64,000 nt of DNA from Bacteroidia bacterium. GTDB lineage: Bacteria > Bacteroidota > Bacteroidia > UKL13-3. The notes below the pieces were generated by a model. The model made no database searches. It was not told the origin of the DNA and was given only the letters and a program-made list of their open reading frames with translations. The stretch covers positions 67,895-131,894 of the forward strand of contig JBAYTR010000010.1 in NCBI GenBank assembly GCA_041675505.1. Direction: 5' to 3'. Below are positions 28,629 through 38,188 of the stretch, one piece after another; the first letter of the stretch is position 1; each line of letters starts with the position of its first letter. The position numbers and the translations under genes are program-made.

Positions 28629-31600
28629 ATGAAATCAACATTACGATTATTTGTCGCAGGCGCAATGCTCTTTGCTTTAAGCACAGAGACCAGAGCGCAG
28701 GGCCCGTCTAACAACCCGGCCACACCGGGAGCGGCCACCATTTCAGCCAAAAACACTCCTTACTTTCAAAACTTTGATGGTTTGGACATTACAGGAACCA
28801 ACCAGATTAACTTACCTGTTGGCTGGCAAACCAGTGAAAGCGGAAGCGGAGGCAGGTACAACGGTGGTTATGCAGCAGATAACGGTGCAGGCACATCAGG
28901 CGACCTTATCAGTTACGGTGCAACCAGCACAACCGACAGAGCCTTGGGTACCTTGTTGAGTTCCAGCATTGCTCCGCGTTTCGGGGTGTTTGTTAAAAAC
29001 ACTACCGGTTCAGTGGTGGATTCTGTAAGAATAGAATTTACACTCGAACAATGGCGTTGTGGTACAATCAACAGAACCGATTCTTTTATAGTAGAATACA
29101 ACATTAACCGTGGAGGAATAGATACCAACGCTGTGAACAACAGCGGCTGGAGCAGATTCCCCAATCTGTTGTTGAACGGTAAAACATACACGGCAACCGG
29201 TGCGTTGGATGGCAACATTGCCGCCAACCAAACCCGTTTTACAGCTATGCTCACCGGCATTACACTAAACAACAACGACACCCTGGTGATTCGTTTTGTG
29301 GATTACAACGCCACAGGTTCTGATGACGGAATGGCCATTGATTCTTTCTCCATGATTTTTGATCCGTTGATTTTAACACCACAACCCGTAACAGGAATCA
29401 ACGTTACACCTACTTTAACAACAGCAGGAGTTAACTACACTGCACCCGGCAATTTCAGTTCAGCTACCCAACAGTTTGTAGCGTTTTTGAAACAAGGTAC
29501 AGCCATTACAGCAGGTACTCCAACCATGAACCCCGCAGGTTACACCGCCAACAGCGATTTCTCAGCCAACGGTACAGCTTACCAAAACGATGCAGCAGCA
29601 AAATGTGTGTACAAAGGAACAGGAACCAACTTCAACGTAACCGGCCTTCAAGCCAACACAGCGTATCACTTAATGATTTTAACTGTATCCACAGCCGATT
29701 CAGTGTATTCATCAGGCGCAACAGCACAGTTTAGCTCAGGCCGCACCACCATAAACTTCACAGCTAAATCAGGTTCGCAAATTGAAGGAGCAGTGAGCAA
29801 TATCATCAGCGTATCCATTGCCAATCCTTCTACTACGGTAACCGATACTACCTTTGTAGAACTCCAACTTACCGGAGGTGATGCCACCAACGGAGTGGAT
29901 TTAGCTACCACCTTCAACACCACTGTTCTGAAATTCCCGGGTAACTCCACATCGGCACAAACCGTTTCTTTCGGAATTACCAACGATAACACAGACGAGT
30001 GGAACGAGACATTGCAGTTTACCTTACGCAACGTAAGCGGAGGAGCCGCAGCAACTATCGGAGCCGACTCATTGTTTACGTATACCATTGTAGATAATGA
30101 TGGCATTGCTAATCCGGCTTCAGGAGACATTGCGTTTACACAGGTGCAGGCTACCAGCAGCACAGGTGTTTTTGATAACTCGGAATTTATTACACTTAAG
30201 CGTCTTGATTTACGCAACATGGGTGTTACCGACAGAGGAGTATTGACAGACGGAGCGCTTTCTACTACAGAATCAGTATATAACCTGCCTACTACCTCAG
30301 CACTGGCTGATGTTCCTGCGGGAACAGTGGTACGTTTTGTTGCTACTACCGGAACAGACGACACCAATTGGGCAGACGGCATCATGACTTTTTATACTAC
30401 GGCCATGAACCTTTCAACCGGTGGCGACCAGATTATTGCCTTCACCGGATTTAATAACTATGTAGCAGGTATCAACTTTGCCAACAGCGGCTGGACAAGC
30501 GGTTCAACCAATACCAATACCTCAAAAGCACCAGGTACTTTAGCTGATTTGCATGCAGGCACTAAACCCAACGTGCGTTTTAAAGGAATGGTTTCAGGTG
30601 CAGCATCGTTGCTTCGCGACAGCTTAATCAACGTTTCCAGCTGGGATACTTCAGCTACCCGTTTTGCCACTGACTTCGCTACATTCACCTCACAGTTTAA
30701 CGAGCCTGCTTCACAAGCAACCAACCTTACGGTAGCCGGCACCTCATTAAGCAACATTACCCTGAGCTGGAAAGCCTCTGCTGCTGCTCAGCGTTATGCC
30801 GTGGTGATGAATACCTCTTCCACCATCAGCAACCCTGCAGATAGTTTTACCTACAACAACACCAACAATTATAATCAGGCAGATACCGTAATTCTTTCCG
30901 CTTCAGCAATGACCAAAGGAAACGGAAGAGTTGTTTACAGCGGACACGATACCATGGTTGTGGTAAACGGACTGGCCAACGGCACCCGCTACTACTACAA
31001 AGTGTTTGCCTTGAACGGAAACGGTAGTAATGCGAATTACAATGCCAACTCACCACTTTCAGGTGATACTACCACACAAAATCCTGTTGTTCCTGTAGTG
31101 AAATTCGGAACACTTTCTACTACTACTTCTGAAGATTCTACGTCTATAAAAATTCCGGTTAGCTTAACCAACTCCACCAACACAGCGGTGAGCGTTAGTG
31201 TGGCCATTAAAGGCGGAACAGCTACATCAACCAGCGATTACCAGTTGGGTGCTGCTTCAATCAACTTCTCAGGTAACGCAGATACCACCACACACGTTAC
31301 AGTAACCATTGTAAACGACAACCTGGTAGAGGGTGCGGAGAACGTAGTACTTGTTCTGCAAAACATTTCTTCACCGGCTATACTGGATGCCGACTCTGTG
31401 CATACCTTAACCATCAACGACAACGACTTTACTAAAATTGGTTTTGAAGTAAACAGACAAACCATTGCTGAAACCATTGACACCGCCCGCATACGTGTAG
31501 TGATGAAAGATTTGGGTCCGAATGCACCTTACACCGTTAATGTATCAGCTACTCCGTTAACAGCTACAGCAACTCAGGATTATGCTTTAATCACCACTTC

Positions 31601-32990
31601 ACTTACTTTTAGCGGTGCTGCCGATTCTGTAAAAACTGTTTTGGTAAAAGTGTTTAACACCCTGCCACTTGAAGCAAACGAAAGTTTTGTACTTCAACTG
31701 AGCAGCCCCAGCACAGGAGCTGCATTGGATGTAAACGCTACCGACACCATTACCATTAACAACTTCAGCTACCCGTACTATCCTATCGGACAAATTAACA
31801 AAACGGATGCTAACGGAGTATTGGACTCAGCCGGCAGAAGATATGAAGTGCGCGGTATAGTTTACGGAGTAAATATTCGTACAACAGGCCTTCAGTTCAC
31901 CATCCATGACGGCACAGGTGGCTTAGGTACATTTAATACTCCGGCCACCTTTGGCTATACCGTTAAAGAAGGAGATAGTATTATCCTTTTTGGCCGCCTG
32001 AATCAGTTCAACGGTTTAGCTCAGATAGAAGCCATTGATACAATTATTGTAGCAGGTACCAACAAAGCCACGAAAGCACCGGTAACTGTGAGTGCTCTGA
32101 GTGAAGCAACAGAATCAGAATATGTAATGTTCCCATCGCTTACACTTGCTCCTTCAGCTAACTGGCCGGTGACTCCGTTTACCGGAACAGGTCGCAACAT
32201 GTATGCTTACGTTAACGGCAACCCTGCCGATAGTATACAAATCAGAATTGTAGTGACCAGCCCGTTGAACGGCTCACCTCGCCCAACAGAGAAATTTGCT
32301 ATGATTGGTATAGGCGGACAGTTTGATAACAGCAACCCTTTCACCAGCGGTCACCAGTTGTTCCCTATGTTCCTTAACCACATCATTAACGGAGATACAG
32401 TTGGTTTCACCACAGCTTCTGCCACAGTAAATGAAGCAGCAGGTACAGTTAACATCAGTGTGAGCCTTAAAAATCCAACTGCATTACCTACCACGGTTCA
32501 GGTAGCTGTTAATGGCGGATCAGCGGCCGGAAGCAGCGATTATACTTACACCACACAAACCGTTACGTTCCCGGCCAACAGCAATGCAGCGCAAACCGTT
32601 ACGTTAAGCATAACTGACGACAACCTGTTCGAAAGCAACGAGACCATTGCCTTCACCTTGCAAAATGCTACCAACAACGCTACCATTGACCCTGCTGCCG
32701 GTGCTTACATCATCACCATTACCGACAATGATCCTAATGGAGTGAAAGAGTTGAACGCAGTACAATTTAATGTATATCCTAACCCTGCCCGCGAAGTGTT
32801 GAACATTGCAGCAGACAAGGAAATGAACAGCGTAGTAGTAACCGACATTATCGGTAACGTGGTGTTGAACGTTAACGATGTGAATGCGAAGAAAGCTACA
32901 TTAAACACCGCCTCATTGAACGCAGGGGTTTACTTTGTACGGGTATACTCAGCAGAAGGAAGCAGTGTGAAGAAGGTTATAATTAAGTAA
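28629..32990 (+). CDS. giant secreted protein (1453 aa) with multiple Calx-beta-like repeats and a T9SS C-terminal sorting domain
   Basis: Repeated ...TVTF/LTFSG...ADTTTHVTVTIVNDNLVEG.../...AQTVTLSITDDNLFESNE... units typical of Calx-beta. C-terminal ...VYPNPAREVLNI...GVYFVRV...KVIIK is a Por-secretion (T9SS) CTD. Confidence 0.75.
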   Translation: MKSTLRLFVAGAMLFALSTETRAQGPSNNPATPGAATISAKNTPYFQNFDGLDITGTNQINLPVGWQTSESGSGGRYNGGYAADNGAGTSGDLISYGATSTTDRALGTLLSSSIAPRFGVFVKNTTGSVVDSVRIEFTLEQWRCGTINRTDSFIVEYNINRGGIDTNAVNNSGWSRFPNLLLNGKTYTATGALDGNIAANQTRFTAMLTGITLNNNDTLVIRFVDYNATGSDDGMAIDSFSMIFDPLILTPQPVTGINVTPTLTTAGVNYTAPGNFSSATQQFVAFLKQGTAITAGTPTMNPAGYTANSDFSANGTAYQNDAAAKCVYKGTGTNFNVTGLQANTAYHLMILTVSTADSVYSSGATAQFSSGRTTINFTAKSGSQIEGAVSNIISVSIANPSTTVTDTTFVELQLTGGDATNGVDLATTFNTTVLKFPGNSTSAQTVSFGITNDNTDEWNETLQFTLRNVSGGAAATIGADSLFTYTIVDNDGIANPASGDIAFTQVQATSSTGVFDNSEFITLKRLDLRNMGVTDRGVLTDGALSTTESVYNLPTTSALADVPAGTVVRFVATTGTDDTNWADGIMTFYTTAMNLSTGGDQIIAFTGFNNYVAGINFANSGWTSGSTNTNTSKAPGTLADLHAGTKPNVRFKGMVSGAASLLRDSLINVSSWDTSATRFATDFATFTSQFNEPASQATNLTVAGTSLSNITLSWKASAAAQRYAVVMNTSSTISNPADSFTYNNTNNYNQADTVILSASAMTKGNGRVVYSGHDTMVVVNGLANGTRYYYKVFALNGNGSNANYNANSPLSGDTTTQNPVVPVVKFGTLSTTTSEDSTSIKIPVSLTNSTNTAVSVSVAIKGGTATSTSDYQLGAASINFSGNADTTTHVTVTIVNDNLVEGAENVVLVLQNISSPAILDADSVHTLTINDNDFTKIGFEVNRQTIAETIDTARIRVVMKDLGPNAPYTVNVSATPLTATATQDYALITTSLTFSGAADSVKTVLVKVFNTLPLEANESFVLQLSSPSTGAALDVNATDTITINNFSYPYYPIGQINKTDANGVLDSAGRRYEVRGIVYGVNIRTTGLQFTIHDGTGGLGTFNTPATFGYTVKEGDSIILFGRLNQFNGLAQIEAIDTIIVAGTNKATKAPVTVSALSEATESEYVMFPSLTLAPSANWPVTPFTGTGRNMYAYVNGNPADSIQIRIVVTSPLNGSPRPTEKFAMIGIGGQFDNSNPFTSGHQLFPMFLNHIINGDTVGFTTASATVNEAAGTVNISVSLKNPTALPTTVQVAVNGGSAAGSSDYTYTTQTVTFPANSNAAQTVTLSITDDNLFESNETIAFTLQNATNNATIDPAAGAYIITITDNDPNGVKELNAVQFNVYPNPAREVLNIAADKEMNSVVVTDIIGNVVLNVNDVNAKKATLNTASLNAGVYFVRVYSAEGSSVKKVIIK

Positions 32991-33012
32991 CCTGACTAAT
33001 ACAGTATAAAAA

Positions 33013-33045
33013 AGGTCTCCTGATTAATTCAGGAGACCTTTTTTA
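33013..33045 (+). terminator. rho-independent terminator after the giant protein gene
   Basis: AGGTCTCCTGA-ttaat-TCAGGAGACCT followed by TTTTTT. Confidence 0.7.
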
Positions 33046-33068
33046 TTTAGTGCTGAACTAGTGTTAAC

Positions 33069-33521
33069 TTATGTGAGTAGTTTTTCAAAGCACACACTAC
33101 TTTCCACATCGGCATATTGGCCATAGTTTTTGATAGTAGTGTAATTGTTCTTTTGGTATAAGCGAATGGCTTCCGGTTGTTTTTTACCGGTTTCCAAAAT
33201 GCATTTTTGGTAGCCCAACTCTTTTGCCCAATTTTCCAGTTCACCTAAAACTATTGATGCAATTCCTTTACCTCGTTTTTCTAACGGAACAAACATTCTT
33301 TTTACTTCCATTACATTCTCCTCATACTCTTTTATTGCGCCACAGCCCACAGCAGCTCCCTCTTCATAAGCCACTACTACGTGTTTAATAGCCGCAATTT
33401 TGTTGAACTGAGCAAAAAATGCATGGTCCTCTCCATCCCGTATGGCAAGGTCTTTATCCAGCGCAGTTACTAATTTTTGAAAATCTGAATTGTCAGAATC
33501 GGTTCTTTTAATTTTGTACAT
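33069..33521 (-). CDS. GNAT family N-acetyltransferase
   Basis: 150 aa; ...GKGIASIVLGELENWAKELGYQKC... is the acetyl-CoA binding motif region. Confidence 0.8.
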   Translation of the reverse strand: MYKIKRTDSDNSDFQKLVTALDKDLAIRDGEDHAFFAQFNKIAAIKHVVVAYEEGAAVGCGAIKEYEENVMEVKRMFVPLEKRGKGIASIVLGELENWAKELGYQKCILETGKKQPEAIRLYQKNNYTTIKNYGQYADVESSVCFEKLLT

Positions 33522-33535
33522 GTTTAATTTATTTT

Positions 33536-34111
33536 TTATTCCAGTCGTTTTTGTTGTTCGCTCGTAGTAATCGCTTTATCCAATCGTGAAAGTCTGGTCT
33601 TTTCTTGTTTGGCATTCATTATCCAATGGATGATTGTTTTTTGGTAAGAAGGTGTTTGAGTTTTAAAGAAACCCCAGGCCTGTTTGTTCTTTTTAAACAG
33701 CTTTTCGTATGCGGGGTCAAGAATATCAGGCTCTTTTTCGTGCGAATAAACAGCTGTTTTTTCGTCTGTTCTTAAATCAAATGCCTTTTGTCCTTCAGCG
33801 GTCATGAGCCCGGCCTTGGTGAGCTCTTCCACCTTTTTAATGTTGATGGTGCTCCAGATACTGTTAGGTCTTCGCGGGGTAAAACGGATGCAGTAACTTT
33901 CATTATCTATGGATCTTCTTACACCGTCAATCCAACCAAAACAAAGTGCTTGATCAACCGACTGCGACCAAGTGATGGAAGGTTTACCGCTACCCACTTT
34001 GTAGAAACCAACAATCAGTTCTGTTTCTTTTTTGTGGTGTTTTTTAAACCACTGCCTGAATGCAGCCGGTGTTGCAAAAAAGGTTACGGTTGTTTTATTG
34101 GTTGGCGCCAT
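33536..34111 (-). CDS. YdeI/OmpD-associated family protein (DUF1801-like)
   Basis: ...FFATPAAFRQWFKKHH...WIDGVRR...YQKTIIHWIMNAKQEKTRLSRL... is typical of the YdeI family. Start set at the internal Met (MAPTN). Confidence 0.65.
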   Translation of the reverse strand: MAPTNKTTVTFFATPAAFRQWFKKHHKKETELIVGFYKVGSGKPSITWSQSVDQALCFGWIDGVRRSIDNESYCIRFTPRRPNSIWSTINIKKVEELTKAGLMTAEGQKAFDLRTDEKTAVYSHEKEPDILDPAYEKLFKKNKQAWGFFKTQTPSYQKTIIHWIMNAKQEKTRLSRLDKAITTSEQQKRLE

Positions 34112-34152
34112 GAAAATGTTTGACAATATTCACTCAAGTTCAGTTCACAGAT

Positions 34153-34863
34153 TTAAATCGTTCGGCCTTCTTTAACTTTTATTTCAGAGCCCTCAGCCAG
34201 AAATACTGACACAGGTTTTTCGTTTGTGAGGAAACTGAAATCTTGTCCATATACATCACCGAAGTCTACATCAATCAGGTAATCCTTTGTTTCATAAACC
34301 TCCCATTTTGGATGCTCAACACCATACTCAGAAGTTCTCTCATTTGAAATTTTGGTATAACCCCAGTAGTGCTCTGTTATAAATTCCTCCTCGCTGCCGT
34401 CCTTAATGGGAGTTGGTTTTAGATCAGTTATTACTTTTAATGAATTCCATTGCCCTTTTCTCCAGTTGTATTCTATTATTAAACTATCGTTTGAATTTGT
34501 CCAGGAATGACTCATGGGCATAGTCTCGTATTTCTCTTTGTAAACGGTATTGGCCACAAAGGTTAACGCTGGTTTTGGAACAATCTCTTTTATGAAAACA
34601 ACTCCCCGTTTCCATTTTCCGTTGTCTTTGTATCGGACATAAAACCTAAGGTTTACTTCTTCAAAGTTGGTGTGAAACGGTATTTTAAGTCCTTTTACTT
34701 TTGTGTCTTTAAACAGGAACCCAACTAAGCTGACATAACAGGTGTTGTTCCATAAATCAATCTCTGTTTTAGGGGGTAGATACTTATCCAGTATTTTACT
34801 ATCAACTGAATAGTTAGCCATCGCTAACTTTCTCCATTCAGCTTCTAAAAATGTTTTAGACAT
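34153..34863 (-). CDS. DUF2071 (YqjF-like) family protein
   Basis: MSKTFLEAEWRKLAMANY... is the typical family N-terminus. Start moved to the Met at 34863. Confidence 0.6.
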   Translation of the reverse strand: MSKTFLEAEWRKLAMANYSVDSKILDKYLPPKTEIDLWNNTCYVSLVGFLFKDTKVKGLKIPFHTNFEEVNLRFYVRYKDNGKWKRGVVFIKEIVPKPALTFVANTVYKEKYETMPMSHSWTNSNDSLIIEYNWRKGQWNSLKVITDLKPTPIKDGSEEEFITEHYWGYTKISNERTSEYGVEHPKWEVYETKDYLIDVDFGDVYGQDFSFLTNEKPVSVFLAEGSEIKVKEGRTI

Positions 34864-34960
34864 TATATTTTCATTTAACGCGATGGATACGTAAAGGAAT
34901 AACCGCCTCGTCTTATCAGTCAGTAAAGATATAATCCACACCCATTAAAAAATAAAAAAA

Positions 34961-34987
34961 CCCCGAATTTCTCCGGGGTTTTTTTAT
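34961..34987. terminator. stem-loop with an A-run before and a T-run after, downstream of the 35027..35611 minus-strand gene (may act bidirectionally)
   Basis: AAAAAAA-CCCCG-aatttctc-CGGGG-TTTTTTTATTTT. Confidence 0.5.
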
Positions 34988-35026
34988 TTTATAGCAAGAA
35001 GGCTCGAGAAGCATTAGAGAAGGGCG

Positions 35027-35611
35027 TTAGTTGAACTTGATGTCAAATCGGCATTGGGTTACATTTATTTTTTTCTGCCCGGTTTCATTTTTCATAGAGA
35101 AGTCTTCAAAATAACCCGCAATAATATTTTGAGCAGTGTCTAGGTGGCTGATGTGCAGGATAACAGAGTCATTAAGGTTGGGGGCATCGGTTGAGCGGTA
35201 CATATCGCCACGCCAGTTGATAAAAAGTCCCCGTACTTCGTGTTCAGAATCGTCAAAATAAAATACATACCTTCCTGGTTTTCTGATGTTGTCAAGTCTG
35301 AAATAAAAATGCTCGTCAATTCCCCAACTGATACTGGTTCTGTCGGCCATCATGTAAAGCAGCAATGACCCAGAATTTTCGTAGTAATATTTCGAAAAAA
35401 ATTTTTCAGACATTTCTTCATCGGGGAGCAGATTGCCGTTAATCAAACAGCCGAAAGTATTGTACCCGCCATGTGTTTTCGAAGGCAATAAATGTGCTTC
35501 ATTTTTTGGAGTATCTTTTGGAGTGGTGGTTTCATCCGGACGGCAACTCACACCAGCGAGTAGAAGCAAAACAAAAACTCCTTTAAGCAATTTAGCGACT
35601 TTGGCAGCCAT
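35027..35611 (-). CDS. hypothetical lipoprotein
   Basis: Starts MAAKVAKLLKGVFVLLLLAGVSC at the internal Met. No recognised family. Confidence 0.5.
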   Translation of the reverse strand: MAAKVAKLLKGVFVLLLLAGVSCRPDETTTPKDTPKNEAHLLPSKTHGGYNTFGCLINGNLLPDEEMSEKFFSKYYYENSGSLLLYMMADRTSISWGIDEHFYFRLDNIRKPGRYVFYFDDSEHEVRGLFINWRGDMYRSTDAPNLNDSVILHISHLDTAQNIIAGYFEDFSMKNETGQKKINVTQCRFDIKFN

Positions 35612-35729
35612 AAAAATATGGTTTAATATAGGCAAGATAAGGAATTGTCGTAACAAAAAGCAATAAGAATAAAGCAAACAAGCCCACTGTTTTTGCAGCG
35701 GGCTTGTTTAGCAGCGGATGCTGAAACGA

Positions 35730-37895
35730 TCAGCGAATAATTTTCAACTCGTTGATGAGGTTGTTGGCGTTGCCGTATTTCTCCATCACAAAAAGCACGT
35801 AGCGAATGTCTACGTTAATGGTACGTTTGTAGTTAGGGTCGAAAGCAATGTCACCGCTCATGGCTTCCCAGTTGCCGTCAAAAGCCAACCCAATCAGGTG
35901 GCCTTCTCCATTGATTACCGGGCTGCCGGAGTTACCACCGGTAATATCATTGGTGGTAATAAAGGCTACGGGAACATCTCCGTTTTCAGCATAGCTGCCA
36001 AAGTCTTTTTTCTCATACAACTCTTTCAGTTTAGCGGGCACGGCAAACTCATGGCTGTTGGGATTTTCTTTCTCCATAATGCCGCTGAGGTGCGTAGAGA
36101 TATCAAACTGCACTGCGTCTTTTGATTTATAACTTTTAACATTACCATAAGTTAAACGCAGGGTTGAGTTAGCATCTGGGTACATGGTTTTGCCTGCATT
36201 TTTTTCACGCAAGGCCTTCATGTAAGTTTTACCTTCAGCAGCAATTACGGTGTTGTATTCTTTAGCATATTTTGCGTAGTTGGTGTTGTAGTTGTCGATG
36301 AAAGCCTTTATGTAAATATACGCAGGGTCTTTCTGCAGTTTTTTCAAATCAGGTTTTTTCAACCAGGCTTTCACCTTATTGCTATCAGCAAACATGGACT
36401 TGGCAAAAATCATTTTAGCATAATCTTTCGCCTGCTCTTTGCCTTTATCCTTGTCGTCACTCTTTATAATTTTAGCCAACAAAGCCGGGTGTTGGTTTTT
36501 AGGAATGTCTTTGTAAAAATACCAAAGCATGGCAGCAAGTATTTTGCGGTCTGAAACATGATTGAGTGTTTTGTATTGTGCATCAAAACCTTTGGCAATC
36601 ATCTCCAGATTTTTGCGCGCTGTGCTGGTATCGGTACCCAAACGTTTCATGGCGGTATCGGTTAAGGCGTTTTCATATCCGCTGAACATGGAAGCAATGT
36701 TGAGCAGTGTTGAACCCATAATGCCTTCACGCAGGTATACCCCGTGTTTGTTGTAGGGTTGGTAAGCATCTGTAGCGGTTTTCATTTTATTCAGTACGCT
36801 GTTGTATTCTGCCTTGTTGGAGGCCCATTTCAGGTACTCTGTCTCTTCGGCTTGTTTTTGTTCGTACACTTTCAGGCGCTTCAACTGTTCGGTTTGGCCA
36901 ATGAAGTATTTCCAGTAGTTAGCAATTTGTGCATAGCGTGAAGCCAATTGAATACGTACAGCCACATCTTTGTCCATTTCTTCTTTCATCAACTCCAAAC
37001 GTTTGTCGCGAAGTTTAACAATAGACGGGTTGGTTTCATCAATAGCCAATTTAACTCCGAAAGAAGTTTCATAGCGGTTGGTACGACCGGGGAAACCGTA
37101 TACCATAGCAAAGTCACCGTCTTTAATGCCTTTGATGTTTACAGGCAAGTAGTGCTTGGGTTTGTAAGGAACGTTCTCCGGTGAGTAGCCCGCAGGCTTG
37201 TTATCTTTATTGGCATAAATGCGGAAGATGGAGAAGTCACCCGTGTGGCGGGGCCACATCCAGTTGTCGGTATCACCACCAAATTTACCAATCGCTTCAG
37301 GCGGTGTGGCTACCAAACGAATATCGGTGAACTTTTCAAACACATACAGGTAGTATTCGTTTCCGCGAAACATATCACGAACAAAAGCTTCGTAGTGTGT
37401 TCCTTCAGTGGCTTTTTTGCTCAATGCTTTGGTTACCTCAGCAACTTTAGCTGCTTGTTTATCGGCAGGAACACCGGCAATGGCCGCGTTAACCTGATCG
37501 GTAACGTCTTCCATGCGCACCAGAATGGAAACCCACATACCGGGGTTAGCCAGTTCTTCTTTGTTGTTTTTGGCCCAAAAGCCATCCTTCAAAATGTTGT
37601 TGGATGTGCTGCTGTGTGAGGCAATGGCACCGTATCCGCAATGGTGATTGGTAAGTAACAAACCCTGTTCAGAGATAATCTCTGAAGTGCAACCGCCATT
37701 GAACCAGGCTATGGCATCTTTGAGGCTGGAGTTGTTTACATCATACAATTGCTCGGGGGTAAGTTTAAGCCCCTTGGCTTTCATTTCTTCATAGTTGTAC
37801 TTCTTTAACAGAAGCGGGAGCCACATGCCCTCATCAGCTCTTAATGAACTGATAAATACGAGGCAAATAGCAAAAGAGAGTAATATTCTTTTCAT
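35730..37895 (-). CDS. S46 family serine peptidase (DPP7/DPP11-like dipeptidyl-peptidase)
   Basis: Starts MKRILLSFAICLVFISSLRADEGMWLP..., the hallmark S46 N-terminus. Catalytic Ser region GGNSGSPV near the C-terminus. Start set at 37895. Confidence 0.85.
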   Translation of the reverse strand: MKRILLSFAICLVFISSLRADEGMWLPLLLKKYNYEEMKAKGLKLTPEQLYDVNNSSLKDAIAWFNGGCTSEIISEQGLLLTNHHCGYGAIASHSSTSNNILKDGFWAKNNKEELANPGMWVSILVRMEDVTDQVNAAIAGVPADKQAAKVAEVTKALSKKATEGTHYEAFVRDMFRGNEYYLYVFEKFTDIRLVATPPEAIGKFGGDTDNWMWPRHTGDFSIFRIYANKDNKPAGYSPENVPYKPKHYLPVNIKGIKDGDFAMVYGFPGRTNRYETSFGVKLAIDETNPSIVKLRDKRLELMKEEMDKDVAVRIQLASRYAQIANYWKYFIGQTEQLKRLKVYEQKQAEETEYLKWASNKAEYNSVLNKMKTATDAYQPYNKHGVYLREGIMGSTLLNIASMFSGYENALTDTAMKRLGTDTSTARKNLEMIAKGFDAQYKTLNHVSDRKILAAMLWYFYKDIPKNQHPALLAKIIKSDDKDKGKEQAKDYAKMIFAKSMFADSNKVKAWLKKPDLKKLQKDPAYIYIKAFIDNYNTNYAKYAKEYNTVIAAEGKTYMKALREKNAGKTMYPDANSTLRLTYGNVKSYKSKDAVQFDISTHLSGIMEKENPNSHEFAVPAKLKELYEKKDFGSYAENGDVPVAFITTNDITGGNSGSPVINGEGHLIGLAFDGNWEAMSGDIAFDPNYKRTINVDIRYVLFVMEKYGNANNLINELKIIR

Positions 37896-38188
37896 GGGCG
37901 ATTTAATTTTTTGCAGCGCAAGTTTACGCCTTTTTAGAGAATGGAAGTGAGACGAAAGAGTCCTTTGAGGAAAAAATCGATTAAAGTATTGTTTTTCTGT
38001 TTGAAACACATAATTTCACGTATCAAAAAACAACACTAAATGAAACCAAAACGCCTGACTTTCTATGTTTTTACAGGCAATTGTCGCATAAGTATAAATA
38101 TGGCCACCTGCTCACCCGGCCTGTACCTGGTACAACTAGTAAATAACGGCAGTATTTTAAAAACACAAAAACTACTAAAACAACGCTG

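Noticed and set aside
28774-32908. Numerous 60-240-aa ORFs on both strands inside the Calx-beta giant gene (for example 29666-30385)
   Set aside because: Repeat-rich GC-biased coding sequence generates long open alternative frames. None has independent support.
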